From NCBI RefSeq assembly GCF_009914755.1, contig NC_060926.1: a DNA stretch of 64,000 bases; one strand, 5' to 3'. The notes beneath the pieces were generated by a model. The model was not told the DNA's origin, ran no database searches, and saw only the letters and a program-made list of their open reading frames with translations. Within the stretch, counting starts at the first letter, position 1, and every line of letters starts with the position of its first letter. The translations under genes were made by a program, and so were the position numbers. This DNA comes from the human T2T-CHM13v2.0 reference genome, Homo sapiens. Shown in pieces: positions 25,430 through 40,726 of the stretch.

Positions 25430-27096
25430 GTAATGTTTTATTATTCTTATTATGCTTATTCTCTGTGATGCTTCTCTACCTTTACAGTAGTAGAATCCTT
25501 GGGGAAATCTGCAGAGGGACCACTTTCATTTTGAAGCTGCTGGCTGCATGTTTTAGCATGTCTCTTCTATTAGAGAATCCAGGCATGGCAGTTTCCTCCC
25601 CCAGTGTGCAAGGACCATCTTCATGCCTATGTCTGTCGCTAGGCATGAGGGTCTCTAGGAATGGGTGAAAAAAATGAGGGATGTTTTGGAGGCACTATAA
25701 TACTGGGGAGGGCAGTCTGCTAGCTGGTAGCTGAAAGGTCCTGGTTTACTTCAACATTTTTTTTAAATAAAACTGTGCAGTAGTTTTTGTTATTTTAGGT
25801 TTCCCTCTGTTTTATCTGGTGTATGCTGCAGAAGTGAACTGCATAACACATTTCACTCTTAGAAAATGCATTTCATATATTTAAATGACAACTCTGACTC
25901 CTATAGTATGGGGGTGAAATAGATTGATTTTTTGAAAAGATGGAAAAAATAGATTAAGTGGCATTTAGGAGTCAAGATGTTGATTGTATTGTTTCAAATA
26001 GCATAGAAACTCCTGCCACTGGTTCAGAGGTAACATTTGGAATGACTGATGTGCTCTTTTGAGTTATCTACTTTAGTCTGGTGAAATATGATTTGAATAC
26101 CAGTAAAAATCTATTTAGGTTATTGCAAAGACTCATATAATAAGAGTTTGCTTGAAAAGATAAACTATCGTAAACTTATTATTTTTTCTCAAGTCCAAAT
26201 TCTGATATGGACACTAAGACTGTGATGCTACGTTTTTATGAAATGGGCATAATTTGAGGAAATTGGCTATCTCTACAGTATTTCCTAAGGTACTGCAAAT
26301 GTGTTAATTTAAGAAGCAATTACACTAGCTAGCAGCAGGTTGCTAAGCCAGGGGGTCCGAGCTACAGACCTCTGATGTGGATGACTTCCTGCCCGGTTTG
26401 GCAGGAGCTGGGTCCCTTCCTGTGCAGCTTCCGAGCAGTTCCAAACACAACCAGGCATCTTCTGCTCCTTCCCACTCCCTTTCTTTCAAGCAGGATCTAC
26501 CTATGTTTCCATAGCCTGGCATTTTAGGATTTCCAGAGATTTTTACCCAGTGAATTGACTTGGAATAAACTCTTAAATGTGATAAAGTGAGCCAAAGGGC
26601 ACGTGCAAAGACTTGGAGAGATATGTGCAAGATCCTCAGCTCAGGTTCTACAATTTAATATGATGTTTCATCTCTTGTTTTGGATCTCTGCTATTTTTTC
26701 AGAAAGAATGCTGAAAAAGATGGCTGCCAAAATATTCACACAAGTGAAACAGCAGGCACAAACCAGTATCCTCCATTTCTGAGCTCTGAATTGCATATTT
26801 TCCCACAAGTAGCACAATCACTTAAAACATTTTGGGAGTGGGAGATTAGATTACCTCATAGACACCTACTGAATGTGAGAGATAGATCTCCATGCGAGCA
26901 AATGGATGCACATATGAGATTCCCTGAATACCAAATACAGCTTTCTTTGAAAATATTATAGCTATCTGGGTTTCTATGCTGTATCTCAGTGCTCAGTGTC
27001 ATGTAACTGACACAATCACCTTTTATTCTAATGGTCATTGCTTTTTTTCCCTCCCTGTTTCTGTAGCACTTTCTTATGCAAGGAGCTAAACAGTGA

Positions 27097-27393
<297 letters not shown>

Positions 27394-28277
27394 TAGTCAA
27401 GTTGCCTTCACTGCCTATTTACTAATTGGTTCTGGGCTAGTCCCAGGGATGATGGTGAAGAAGGCTGGCCTCCTTCCCTCTGTCTAAAGTATCACTAAGA
27501 TGCTGGATGGGCCTGACCGTGTAATGGACCAATGATCCTAGAAGTCTTTTGGAAGCACTCATTTGAACCTGCATTTGTGAGACAGGCAGAGAACTGGTGA
27601 GGCATCCTCCAGCGCGGGAATTAAGGAAGGACAAAAGCCTATTCACCTTCTTGAATACAAATTATATGCTTAAACCAGTGTAAATTGACCCTGATTCCCT
27701 AATAATGTTGAGAAGCAAAAACTGTAAACTAGGAGTCTATTTAAATTTTATTTTTTATATTTGCAGGAGTAGTATCTAAATTCCTCTTTATAGTCTCTAG
27801 CTCTCCATAAGTCACTTTGATCTTCAGTGGGTTTAATTATTCCTTTATACCATACTTTCTCCTTTCTATTGCTCTCCACAGAAGGAATAATAGCAGGTGA
27901 CTTGTAGGTGCCAAATAAGATTCTGAGCAAAGAACACACCTGGAAAACCTTGAAGTTCTCATGAGAAAATTTTCTAACCAAAAAAAAAAATCAAAGCCTC
28001 AATTTTGTGCTTTATGTGAATTATAAATGCGGTTTTAAAATACTTACATTAAAACTTGATAAAGTTGCTAAGAATTCCTATGGCATTGATCACAAATTTT
28101 CTTAATAATCCTCATGTCATTTATCAAATTTAGGAAAGTTTATAGTGCTCAGAAAAAAAAAGCATCTATCTTCATGTCATATGATGGTAATTATTATGTT
28201 ATACACTATTTTACAGGGCAATATTTATAAATAATGGTTTTACTTTTCTCTTAAAATATTCTTAATATATATTCTAA

Positions 28278-28457
<180 letters not shown>

Positions 28458-31400
28458 TGATTTTCTTCTTTGACCAAGTTATTGAGCTACACATTTTCCA
28501 AAATATCTGTGGTTGGCAATGTTATGTGTTCTTTCTTTTTCTTTCCTTTTACTCAATCGTTAGCATGTTGCAAAATGAGATCACAGGTAAGTGAATTACT
28601 TTCCCCCGTCTTCTAAGTGTTTCTTCTCTACCCAACTCACTATTACTTCTTTCTTCTCTTTTCTTCTCCCTTACGAATTGCTTGCCACATCCCAAGCCTT
28701 TCTCATTAATTTTGACCATGTTACCAGGCTTTCCTCCTGTAAGTCTTCAATTTACAATGTTAGGTAAGGGAGTAAACTCCATGAGCTAATTTTCTTTACT
28801 GCTTTTACATTTGGAAAATAAATATACATAATCTGAATTACAATTTTGTATGTTTTTGGTCTGAATTTTATGACTTTCTTCTATTTTAGCATTTAAAAGC
28901 TTTGAGTTAGTAAGCGTTTACAATTGTGTCTGTAGGTATAACACCCTTTCAAATACTTTTCCAAATTTGTTTCGCAACAGCCTTCTTATTGATCTTTTGC
29001 TTTCTATTCTTTTCCTTTCTTTTTCTTTTTATCACTTGTTCCTATGTTTTATTGAAGTCACAAGTCTTGCTACAATTATCCCTCTCCAAAGGATTAATGT
29101 CTATCTATCCATATACATTCTCATTTTATTTTTTATACTCCTTATTGAAGCACCTGCTTTCCAAAAATGAGATTGATGACATCTTGGTGGGAGATGGCAA
29201 TTTGATTGATTCCTTGAAATTAAATAGAGTAGTTGGAAATGAGAGATTTTATTCTAGGCCAGAAACAAGTCTTGTTGACAGCCAGTCTTGGGAATGCCAA
29301 TGAAGCAAAGGCTTGGAAGACTGAAGCTGTGTGGGGCAGGGGCATTTACACGAAGAACACAGAAGTCATGGGAGGAGGAGTGATATGCTTCAGGAATCAG
29401 AGGTAAGGCAGGGGAACTGAAATTAAGCAAATCCTCAGATTAGGACAGCATGTTATTTCTTCTTCAGAAAGAATCGTTGCTTGGAATTCCATGATGTGGT
29501 TAGCCCAGGGCCTGGTATTAAGGCTTTCAGTATAAATATTCTCCACCTTTAGCAGGCCTAGAAAATATTTGAATTAGATAAGGTATGGAACTAAATTAAG
29601 TAGGGAATTCAGGAAATGGGATAAGCCTGGTACAGGGTACTTATGTCATTTCTGGGTGGAGGGGATGTAAAGCATGTCCCTAGACTTGCCTCCCAGTATG
29701 GCAAATGTTGTCTTTAGAAGTGTAACATTCTGTAAAGTCTCCTTTTAACCTCTAGGTTGTTCCTCTTCCCCAGTTTAGGTGGATATCAACATCTTTTATT
29801 TGATGTTTATGTTTCATGTTTTAAGATTTCCTAGTTTCTTGGCATTACCTTAAGCAATAATGTTTTCTTACCTCTCTCTGTTTTCCAAATAAGAGAACCC
29901 AGTAGCATGTGGGGAAAAAGATGTCTTTGAGTTAGCATTAGAAATAAATAATAAAGTTGGAATTTATATTTGGGTCTCATGATTATAAATTATGATCTAT
30001 TATTATGTTTCAAGCATTTGTAATCTGTGCAGTGAATAAATCTCTGCATAAACTATTCATTATATTTTAAAATAATTGTATGTTCCTTATGCAAACGTAA
30101 TTTATATATAAAATTACGTGGAAAATTCTAGCCTAGAACTAGACTTCTGTTCCTAGTAGACATTGGGAAAATATTCATTAAATAAATAAGTGACTAGTAA
30201 GTCAGAGATTAGAGAATCAGATACAAAAATGTGAAAAAATAAGTTTGAATGGATCAGAAAAAATCTTTCTTGTCGTGCATCTGAATGATGAGATGGAGTT
30301 AAGAAAACCCAATATATTTGTTTTTTACAAAAGCAGATTTTTGTTTTAAAACTTTTGTAATAGACCATGGAAAATCTCATGAAAACTATTGTCCCCACTT
30401 GAAAAAAAAAATCCTAGGAGATTATGAATCCCCATTTAAAACTCCCTGGAAAAGAGACTCCTGGTGGTAGAGGGTAAGGGCAGTTTAAGAAATTCTGATC
30501 AGAGAATATGAGTACTAAGGACACAGTTTGTGCCAGGACCTCTCTAGATATCCAGATACAACTTGAATCTGTGGGCTTGTATTTGCTTCCTGGGGGAAAG
30601 AACTCACCCTCCACAGGCTGAAGTCATTGGGAGGCCTGAGGAGATGCAGGTTGAAATGTGAAGCCAGCCAGGCAAATCTATTAAGGTATGCCAAGTTGAG
30701 CTGTTGATTCTCTGAGAAGTTTACAGATGGCTTAGAGTCACAAATTTATTCCAATGTAGAAAATTAGATTTTAAAAAGTCTCTAATTTCCTGACTTAAAG
30801 TGTTATATTTCAGATGTCTCACCTTGGAGCAGAGATATAACAAAAGGCAGTGAGGCTAATAGTCTAAGATACATGAATCCTTCCATGTTTTGGTGATGCT
30901 GGTGCAATTGATCAAATAGCCCAGTAAAGTTAGAGGTATATAGATGCTGTAGTTAGTAACTGATTTTCACAATAATTTTGTCCTTTATTCCTCTTGTTGC
31001 AAACCCTAGACTTAAGTCCTGATTTTCTGACTTCAAGTACAGTGTCTTTTACTGTAAGTTAAAAATGCTTGGAGAGATGGTCATGGTTGTTTGGCCACAG
31101 TTGGGAGGTCATTGTATATTTATTACCACTAGTTTATAAACCAACAAGGAGCCATTCATGTTAAATAAGTTTTTATTTTAAACTTGGACTAATACCTCTA
31201 TTTCAAACAAAAACCTTGACTTGTTTCTCAAAGAGCTGTTATCTATTAGGAGCTATTGTGTATCAAATTAGCTTTTTTAAAAATTTATTTTGGCTGAATG
31301 AGAAATTATGCTTGTGATATTTTTACCAGGGTGCATTCTGAAAACTGAAAATTCTTTTGATGTGCCTAGTGTCTTATTTGATATTTAAATAAAACATGAT

Positions 31401-31529
31401 TTATTTTCTAGATAACAAACAAGTTAAAAATAATCTATGTTCCTAAAGTTCCCTACCAAGCTTTTAAATGTGTTTCCTGTCAGCTTTTATTATTTTAAGT
31501 TAATATATGCACACTCCTCTAATTTATTT

Positions 31530-32650
31530 TGCATTTGTTACTCATTTGTTCATTTGCAAGTACTTACTGAGTATCTACCATGTGGTAGATATTCTTGTAA
31601 GCATTGGGATGCAACATTGAACAAAGTGAAGTTCCTACTCTCATGTAGTTACATTCATGTGAGTGTGTGTGTGTGTTTGGAAGAAGAAAGACAATAAACA
31701 AATACGTCGATTGGGAGCTAGTGGTAAGTGTTACTAAGAAAAATAAATTAGTGTCAAAGGGAGGAGTGACAAGGTGTTGTTTTAGATTGTATGGCCAGTA
31801 AAATCCTTTCTGAAAAGGTACCAGTTGAGCAGAGATCCGAAGGAAGCAAAAGAGTGAGATATGGGAATCTAGGGATAAAGTCAGTTCAAGGAGAACAGCA
31901 AGTATGAAGGTAAAGTCTGAAGGTGGTGGTGCAACTAGTATGTTTAAGAATCAGCAAGGAGACCTGAGTGGCTGGAGCAGAGTGGGAAAGGCAGGAAGCG
32001 AGAGGATGACATCAGTGGGAGTGAAGGTCAGGGGCTAAAGTTGTAGGCGAGGTGCAGTGGGTCATTGTGAGGACACCACATTTACTCTGAATGAGACTCC
32101 AGGAGGGTTTTCAGTAGCAGGATATCATGACTTGACTCACATATTTAAAAGATCACTCTGGCTGCTTCATGGAGAATAGACTGCATAAGGGGAAAGAGTG
32201 GAAGCAAGGAGACTGGGACCGATTGTCATTATGAAAGCAAGAGAGCATGGTGGCTTGGAGTATGGTGGAAACAATGAGGATGGTAAAATGTCATCAAATT
32301 TTGAGGTATTTTGCAGAAGAGCTGACAGGATTTGCTGAGCAATTGGTTGTGGTGTATAGGAGGAAGGCAGGGACTAAGGATGATTCCAAGCATTTAGTCT
32401 GGTCAAGAAAGAAAAATGGAGTTGTGTTGACTGAGCTTGGGGCAACTTGAGCAAACCAATTTGGTGGGTAAGATCAAGATCTTGGTTTTGAACATGTTAT
32501 GTTTGAGACACCTATTAGACATCATTGGAGGAGTTGAGGAGTTAGGTGGCTGTGCAAATCTGGAGTTCAGAAAAGGGCTGGGCTGGAGGTGTTCAACTTT
32601 GGGAGCTGTCAGTGTACAGCTGGTATTTAAAGTCATGACATTGGACTAGG
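31530..32650 (-). mobile_element. L2 fragment
   Basis: acttactgagtatctaccatgtg..., agtggctggagcagagtg, aaagatcactctggctgct, ttttgaacatgttatgtttgag. Confidence 0.75.
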
Positions 32651-32729
32651 CTGCCAAAGAGCTGAGACCCTCCCTCCAAATCACACTAGTAATGCTGAAC
32701 TACCTATCATTTGAAAATGGTAGGAAAAT

Positions 32730-32960
32730 GGAAAACATAGGTTTTGGTATCAGAAAACGTAGATTCAAACCCTATCTCTAAAATTTACTTTTTAGCTATA
32801 TGATCTTAGTCCAAGTTACTCCAATTCTTTCGAATCTCAGTTTCTCTATCTGTAAAATTATAATCACAGCTTAGACATTAATAATGATAAAATGTATGAC
32901 AAGTATCTAGCACCAGATCCCATGCTAGTACTTAGTAGGTACTCAATAAAGGATATCTAT
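32730..32960 (+). mobile_element. MIR
   Basis: aatctcagtttctctatctgtaaaat...agtaggtactcaataaa. Confidence 0.7.
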
Positions 32961-34531
32961 GACAGTAATAGCTAAAATTCTAGCAGCAACTGCTGTAAGA
33001 TTAGCAAAAAGGAAACTCTCATATTCCTTAAGGAATTGCACAAAGAACTTTATAGAAATCCCTACTCTGACTCTGCAAACAAAATCTTTATATAGCACCA
33101 GAGTTTAGACCTGCAACTGACCCAAACAATGTGGTCAGTTCTGTCTCATTTTGTAGATGAGTTCACTGAAACCCAGAGATATTTAGTTTTTTCTAAGGCT
33201 ACATTTTCTATCAGTGGCAGAGCTAAAACTTCAGACCAGGTTTTTTGATTCTTGGCTCTTTGCATTTTGCATCCAATAGAAAACAAATGATTTTTAAACC
33301 CTCGGATTTAATATACTTGGGGCATTGCCAGTGTTCTTGTTTTATGCATTTCAAAGGTGCTTCTTAGTTGCTCCAACTTACTGATTCATTAAATAGTGTC
33401 CATACTGAGATATAAAATATCATGGTTTTCCATGAAAAGAAATATACAGGTTTATATGAAAGCAGATGACACAACAATTTCTCTTTCTTTTGTTTTCAAT
33501 GCTCATATGTTATCATTTAGTTATCTACTGGCAAATAGGAGTTTGTTCATATTAAAATTAAACAATCCAATATTTAACACTGTATATGTGACATTTACTC
33601 GATTTTTCTGCTGGCTCAGAAATATGCACTGGTATGCAGAAAAAGACCTATTCTATTCTACTTCAAATTATCCATTTTTACATTAGAAAACCTCTAACAT
33701 CAGGCTATCTTCTACTTCTAGTTTATATATAGGTTAAAAACTCCTCTGCAACTTCTCTGGATATTATACATTATTACAAAGTCTCTGAACAGAGCATAAT
33801 GTCTTTTCCTTCCTATAGAATAACAAAGAAATGTCCTATAATTTTATACTCTATAAATGAGTTATTAATGGTAAGAAACCAGTAATTATTATCTTAGTGG
33901 ATAATGACTGTATACTGTAAGAAAAGTATTATCCACATTTATATAAGAAAACTGAGCCTCAAAGAATTAAACAAATTGCTGAAGCCCACATGGCTGGTAA
34001 GGGATGTATCTGACCATGGTTCATTGCTCTAAATCTCATGGTGCTTCATCCTCGCTCCACGGAGACAGGGGTGGGTGTGCCAGTGTTATGATGATCCAGG
34101 CTCCATGTCAAGGGCTACTTAAACAATTTTCACTAAAAACTTGAAGAAGTGTTTCTTCATAATATACACAAAGGAAATATTTTACATTTGCCAACTCGCA
34201 GGTTAGTATCAATCAACAGGTTTACCCACTGTTATGTATACCTGGCATAAAGAAATTAATAGATTAAAAAACATCTTTGTCCCCTGATATTATAAAAGGT
34301 TTATCTGCCTCTATTTTATTTTACATTGAAAAGTTCTTAAAGCAATATTGTTCCAGGATACAGTGTTCTTTTGAAAAATGTACTCTATGACTTGGATTAC
34401 ACATTTAAAAAATAATATAGGATGTATGCATTTTGCTACTAGTTTGAGCCTTTTGAAATCTGCTTTGATGTGGGGTTTCTATACTTTTTTGATGCATGGC
34501 ATCACCAATGCAAAATCCATACCTACATTAA

Positions 34532-34865
<334 letters not shown>

Positions 34866-35403
34866 ATATTTGAGTATTTTTAAGATCATCTGAAACTATT
34901 TCAGTCACTCACCAGAATCCAGGAATTTGTAAAGTATGTGACTGATGAAATAAATTAACAATGATTTAGAAACTTAGTGAATTTTAAGCCTTTCTATTTA
35001 GAGATACCTATCAAACCACAAGCGTAAAAACTTGACCCTAGTTATCTACTATTTTTCTATTAAAAGCAAAATTGTTCTTTTTATGTATCAGAAGTTTTAA
35101 CTTAAGTGTATACTTTTATTAAAATGATAGCCATGAAATAAGGAAAATGCCTGTTTTCGACTTATTATCAGTGACTAATTAGAAAATAATTATTTCTCTT
35201 GTTAATGTTGAAATATATATTTTACTTTTTTATATATAACTAAATTATACCACTATAAAGAGTAAGTTTTTAAGTGTCATAAAACCATTGCCGAGTCCAT
35301 AATGCAGCATAATCGCATAAGGCTGTTAATTTCCACCTTATATTTTTCTTATATTTTTACCCTCAAAAAATGTAGAAACTTGTGTAAACAATATGTATAT
35401 ATA

Positions 35404-35685
35404 TTTTAGACAGAGTCTCACTCTGTCACCCAGGCTGGAGTGCAATGGCGTGATCTTGGCTCACTGCTACCTCTGCCTCCTGGGTTCAAGTGATTCCCCT
35501 GCCTTAGCCTCCTGATTAGCTGGGATTACAGGCATCCGTCACGCCTGGCTAATTTTTGTATTTTTAGTAGAGACAGAGTTTCACCATTTTACCCGGGCTG
35601 GTCTCAAACTCCTAACCTCAAGTGATCTGCCTGCCTCAGCCTCCTGAAATGCTGAGATTATAGGCGAGAGCCATGGCACCTGGCC
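35404..35685 (-). mobile_element. Alu (AluS-type)
   Basis: Reverse Alu consensus with a (TA)-type tail. Confidence 0.92.
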
Positions 35686-35829
35686 AACAATATATTTGAA
35701 GACAAACTTTATGCTGTATTTTTAAATAATTTATCAAAAATTGTTTTTAAAAACTCCATTTAGTAACAAATGAATTGCAAAATTAATTTCATTAGTCAAC
35801 TGACACTGTGAAATAGCAAGGCTATAATG

Positions 35830-36720
35830 GTGAATAATATAGACATGATTCCTGTCCTCATGACGCTCAGAGAGTAGTTGAGAAGATCATCATTAAAATT
35901 TGTCATTAGAGGAATAATATAAGGGCTGCTGGGGTATATAACTGGTAATAGGTCAATCTGAGTACTAAAGAAAAAGAGAGGTGACATTTCCAAGACCCTA
36001 AAGTCAGAAACAGCATATAAAACATTCATAACATTTGACAACCTAAAATAATTACAGTATTATCCAAATGGGGATAATGCAATGAAGAGAAAAGAAAATG
36101 AAACTGGAGAAGTAGACAGGGGTCAGACCTCCTAGCGTCTTGACTCTGTGTTAAGACATTTGATCATCATCCTAAGAGTAATAGAAAGCTACCAAAATGA
36201 TGCATATTACATTTACAATGGTCGTGTTAGCACAGTATGCAGAATGGATTAAATGGAGCCAAACATGAATTTGGAAACATCAGTTTAGAGGAGACTGCAA
36301 TAATCTAGATGGACTATTAGATTTGATGCTAGTCTTGACAGACACTTGGACCATGCAGTGATATGGGGATGGAAAAAAGTAACTGAATCCAGAGATAGCA
36401 GGCAGAATTGACAATATTTGATGGTTAATTAGATATGAACGTTTAAGGGGAGACAGAAATCTAAGATTTCTCATAGGTCTCTGGCTATATTATGCACATT
36501 TTATAAGACACAGAGACGTCAAAGGAGTAAGTAATTAGCAGGAATGGAGGGGTAGATTAAAAGATACTTTTCAAAAGTTCAGTTTTAGAATTCAAAATTT
36601 GAAGTGTTGATAAGATATGTAAGTACAGATGTCCTATGGACAATCAAGTATGTGGAATTCAGAAGAGCGGTCTCACTTGGAGAGAAGTATCTGAGAATGG
36701 TGGGTATATAATGGTTATGT
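35830..36720 (-). mobile_element. L2 fragment (degenerate)
   Basis: gacatgattcctgtcctcatg..., ggagactgcaataatctagatg, aagttcagttttagaa...tggaattcagaagagcgg. Confidence 0.55.
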
Positions 36721-37789
36721 TTGTTGAGCAATGTTTGTTGATGGACTACACTAGGATGAGGAGAGTAGAAGAGAGGTAGATGGCTTACATACCTTATGTC
36801 TTTCTTTTCAAAAAGAAAAATGCCACATTTCAAAGAATACAGAGAAATTGGTGCCCTGAGGCATGAAGAAGCCAGGGAATTGGAACCTCCTGAAAGCAGA
36901 GGGAAGATAACAGTGCTAAGGGGAGGAACCATCCTTGTTGAATGCTGCTTAGAAAGCATGTCAAATATAATCTCAAATTATCCTTTTGTTTTTAGTGACA
37001 AAACGTGAAGATGTTGCCATCTTTAGAAAGAAAAGCTGGTAGGCTGAATATATGATAGATATATAAGAAAAGGAAAGATAAGCAGCTCTTTCAAAAAGTT
37101 TGGCCATGATATGGAAAAGGGAGATAAGGCTGTAGTAGTTAAGGAGGGTTGTGAGTCATAGGAGAGAAATATCCTTTCCCCTATGCCAGGACAAGGGAGA
37201 CGTAAGCAAGTTTGTGTTGCTGGGAAAAAGCCAGTAAGGTGGGAGCCATTAAGGATAAGAAAAGAGAGAGATAAGAGATTGCTGAAGTCTTCTGGAATGG
37301 GGAAGGTGTCCAGAATACCGGTGGAGGGATTGGAAACCTCCCCACTGTAACAGGAAGGAGGAAAGGATTGGTCTCAATGTGGAAAAGTTTGTTGATTTGG
37401 GGGTGGGAAGTGGAGGCGGGGCATTGTGATGCTGTCTCTTCTCTGTAAAGTAGAAAATAAGTTTTCAGCTTGAAATGGAGCCGGAAGAAAGAAGAGGGTT
37501 GGAAGCTGGAGGAAAGTGGAGAATATTTGAAATTTTTCTTTGCAGAGAGTGGGAGATGGAGCCTAGTAGGAAAATACAGGACTGTGTTGAGGACCACTGA
37601 GGTTTGTGACCATAAATTTAGAATGGTGCCAATCTGCCACGGGGTGTTATTTTTCCCCAATAGGGCTCAGCAGACCAACAAGCACAGGGGATCCTCTAGT
37701 TTTATATACCAATAGCAAGTCATTCTTTATTTAATTTAGTTTTTTGTTTGTTATAGCAATAAAGAAAAATTGTGTTTCTTTGAAATGGT

Positions 37790-37794
<5 letters not shown>

Positions 37795-37827
<33 letters not shown>
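37795..37827. repeat. (TG)n microsatellite
   Basis: About 16 perfect TG units. Confidence 0.95.
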
Positions 37828-37829
<2 letters not shown>

Positions 37830-39111
37830 CTCTAGATTATAGTGCCCTCACGTGGCTGATGCACATCATTTACTTATGAGTGTTTTCATATGGATGAAAA
37901 AACTGAGAATTAAGCATGGGCCTTACAGCACAGCTACTAAAATTAAAAAATAATTATTATTATTATTGTTTTGACTAAAACCAGTACTAGATGCAAATGA
38001 ACTTTCTTTCTAGATCAACACAACATTGTCCAGTTGTAATAGTGTTGATATTTCATTATGTGTAAGTAATGTGATCATTTATAGTAAAAACATTAGGAGT
38101 GAGAAAAGATATGAAGAGCACGTATTTCCTCTCTGGAATTTCTATAATTGTGTCCAGATTCACAATGATAAAGAGTGCCACTTTACATAATGGCAACTAA
38201 ATCTTTATTATGCTTTTTATTAAATATGAAAGTCATTACTATTATCTGATACTGAATATTTTCTTAAATAGTTGTTTTGGTTTTTGTCTTTTGCTGTTTT
38301 TTAATGTCAAGGAAAGTGAAGGGCATTGGCTATACCTGCAAAGACAAAGTGGGATAGGGTGAAACCAACCCAATATTTGTAATAAACTGTGTTCTGTATG
38401 ATCCAGGAAGCAATTCATTGAGCAACTATTACGCACTAGGGCCATTAAGTTGAAGGAGACTTACATATTTTAACAAATTTGATCTTCATAGCAATCCTGT
38501 TACATGATTACTTTTTCTTACTTTTATAACCAAGTCAATTGAGATTCAGGGAACTTAATAAGTAATTTTGCCTTAGTTACAAACCCCAGAAATGCCAGTG
38601 CTAACACCTGCCATCTTCTCTCATAGTTCAGGATTTTATGAGCAATTACAGTATATTATACCCTCTGTTTAGAAAGGACCTTATTATAAGACATTCCACC
38701 AGGGTAACTTTTAGAATGATGTTATAATACATTTAATTAATTACTTGAATTGTCTTGTTGAATTTTTGCCAGGGTTTACATATGTGCTGAACTTGCAGTT
38801 TTAATGTTCAGTTGAGTCTGTCGTTAAGAAAATTTAAGTTGATAAATTATTCACTGATGAACTACTTTCTTTGCATTTAATCTTTTTAATTGCTAAAGGT
38901 ACCTAAATAGCCTCAAAATAGTTGATGGCTTGGCCTGAAGACAAGATCTAAATATGAGGTTGCTGAGTTATAGAAATGGCAAAAAAAAGGGTCAATAATA
39001 GAATAATAAGCAACAAAATAATAGTAAGCACTAAAGTTTTAAACTTCATGGTGGTGAAGGCATGGTAGTGCATAAAAGTAAGATTTTTCCATTGAACTTT
39101 GTCTTCCTTGA

Positions 39112-39213
<102 letters not shown>

Positions 39214-39940
39214 TAAGTATAAATATTTTTCAATATTGACCTCCCTTTATGTTTCATATTGTGCTTTTAACACCTTGAGACCTCCTCAATTTCTTTAACA
39301 AATCATGCTAGCTACTGTTAACCAGACCCTGATTCAAATTCATTTCTGTCACTAAATGTCTTCTAGGACAAAGCTTGTAGTGGGCTCACTTAGTTGTGTA
39401 AATTACTGCAGTAGTTTGACTGCTATTATCTGCAGCCCTTTATCTTCTTTGTGAGTCTTATGTTCTTTTGAAGATCACCAGTGATTTACTAATATCTACT
39501 GATAAAAAGTATACCTAGTTTTTATGTTCCTTTTTTAATGACTACCACAGTTCTGTGTTACTAGTATATGTTTGATGGCTTTTAATGGTGCATATTTTAT
39601 GAAATACAAATGCTTCACTCATTTTTGTATTAATACCTATTTGCTCAAATCAGACTGAATGCCAGTGTATTTCAGATTATGTCTTCATATAGAGCCACAT
39701 TATTTGGATCCTTTAAATTAATTAATGTGGAAAATGCAATATACATTTATTTACAGTCAATGAGAATGTCTTTTGGAATTTAATGTTTCTTTTTTGACTT
39801 AAGCCCCACCTAAACTCTATATCGTAGGGGGACCAACCTGGAAGTGTCTAATTTTTGTTTGCTGTTTATGTCATCTTTAAGATATGTACTTGTAAATTAA
39901 CCACTAGATTTTTAATGTGAGCTTGGCTATTTTCTCTCAG

Positions 39941-40069
39941 GTATACCTTTACAGGAATTTATACTTTTGAATCACTTATTAAAATACTTGCAAGGGGCTT
40001 TTGTTTAGAAGATTTCACATTTTTACGGGATCCATGGAATTGGTTGGATTTCACAGTCATTACTTTTGC
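39941..40069 (+). CDS. SCN2A: SCN2A coding exon 4 (DI S2-S3)
   Basis: ctctcag|G; [43 protein letters not shown]; donor GC|GTAAGT; 129 nt. Confidence 0.97.
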
Positions 40070-40439
40070 GTAAGTATCTTAATACATTTTCTATCCTGGA
40101 AGAGTAAATCACTGGTGGGAGCCTATACTATATTTTCCTTGGTGGCTTGCCTTGACAGACCAAGCATTTTTCTTAGTAATCATAGTTTTCTTCCAATCAA
40201 ATTATCCAGTTTGGAGAAATTAGGAACTATCATAGTAAATTACATGGCTTTGGTTTCAATTAGCACTGTAAAGTAATAAAGTTTCCCAAATAACAGAGAT
40301 TATGATTGATGACAATGCCATTTTCCTCTTAATTGGGAAAGCTGATGGCGACACTCATGAAATTAAAAAGGTCTTGATGAAAGACCAAGGAAGACGTAGA
40401 TTTCCCTAAATTCTGAATAACTCTGATTTAATTCTACAG

Positions 40440-40531
40440 GTATGTAACAGAATTTGTAAACCTAGGCAATGTTTCAGCTCTTCGAACTTTCAGAGTCTTG
40501 AGAGCTTTGAAAACTATTTCTGTAATTCCAG
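40440..40531 (+). CDS. SCN2A: SCN2A exon 5N (neonatal, mutually exclusive; Asn209), DI S3-S4 voltage sensor
   Basis: [30 protein letters not shown]; acceptor tacag|G, donor CAG|GTAAGA; 92 nt. Confidence 0.96.
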
Positions 40532-40612
40532 GTAAGAAGAAAATGGTATAAGGTGGTAGGCCCCTTATATCTCCAACTGTTTCTTGTGTTCTGTCATTGT
40601 GTTTGTGTGTGA

Positions 40613-40726
<114 letters not shown>

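Noticed and set aside
34040-34075. Partial RE1/NRSE-like ccacggagacag
   Set aside because: Poor match to TTCAGCACCACGGACAG. The classical SCN2A RE1 silencer belongs to the distal promoter, and I found no convincing copy in this window.
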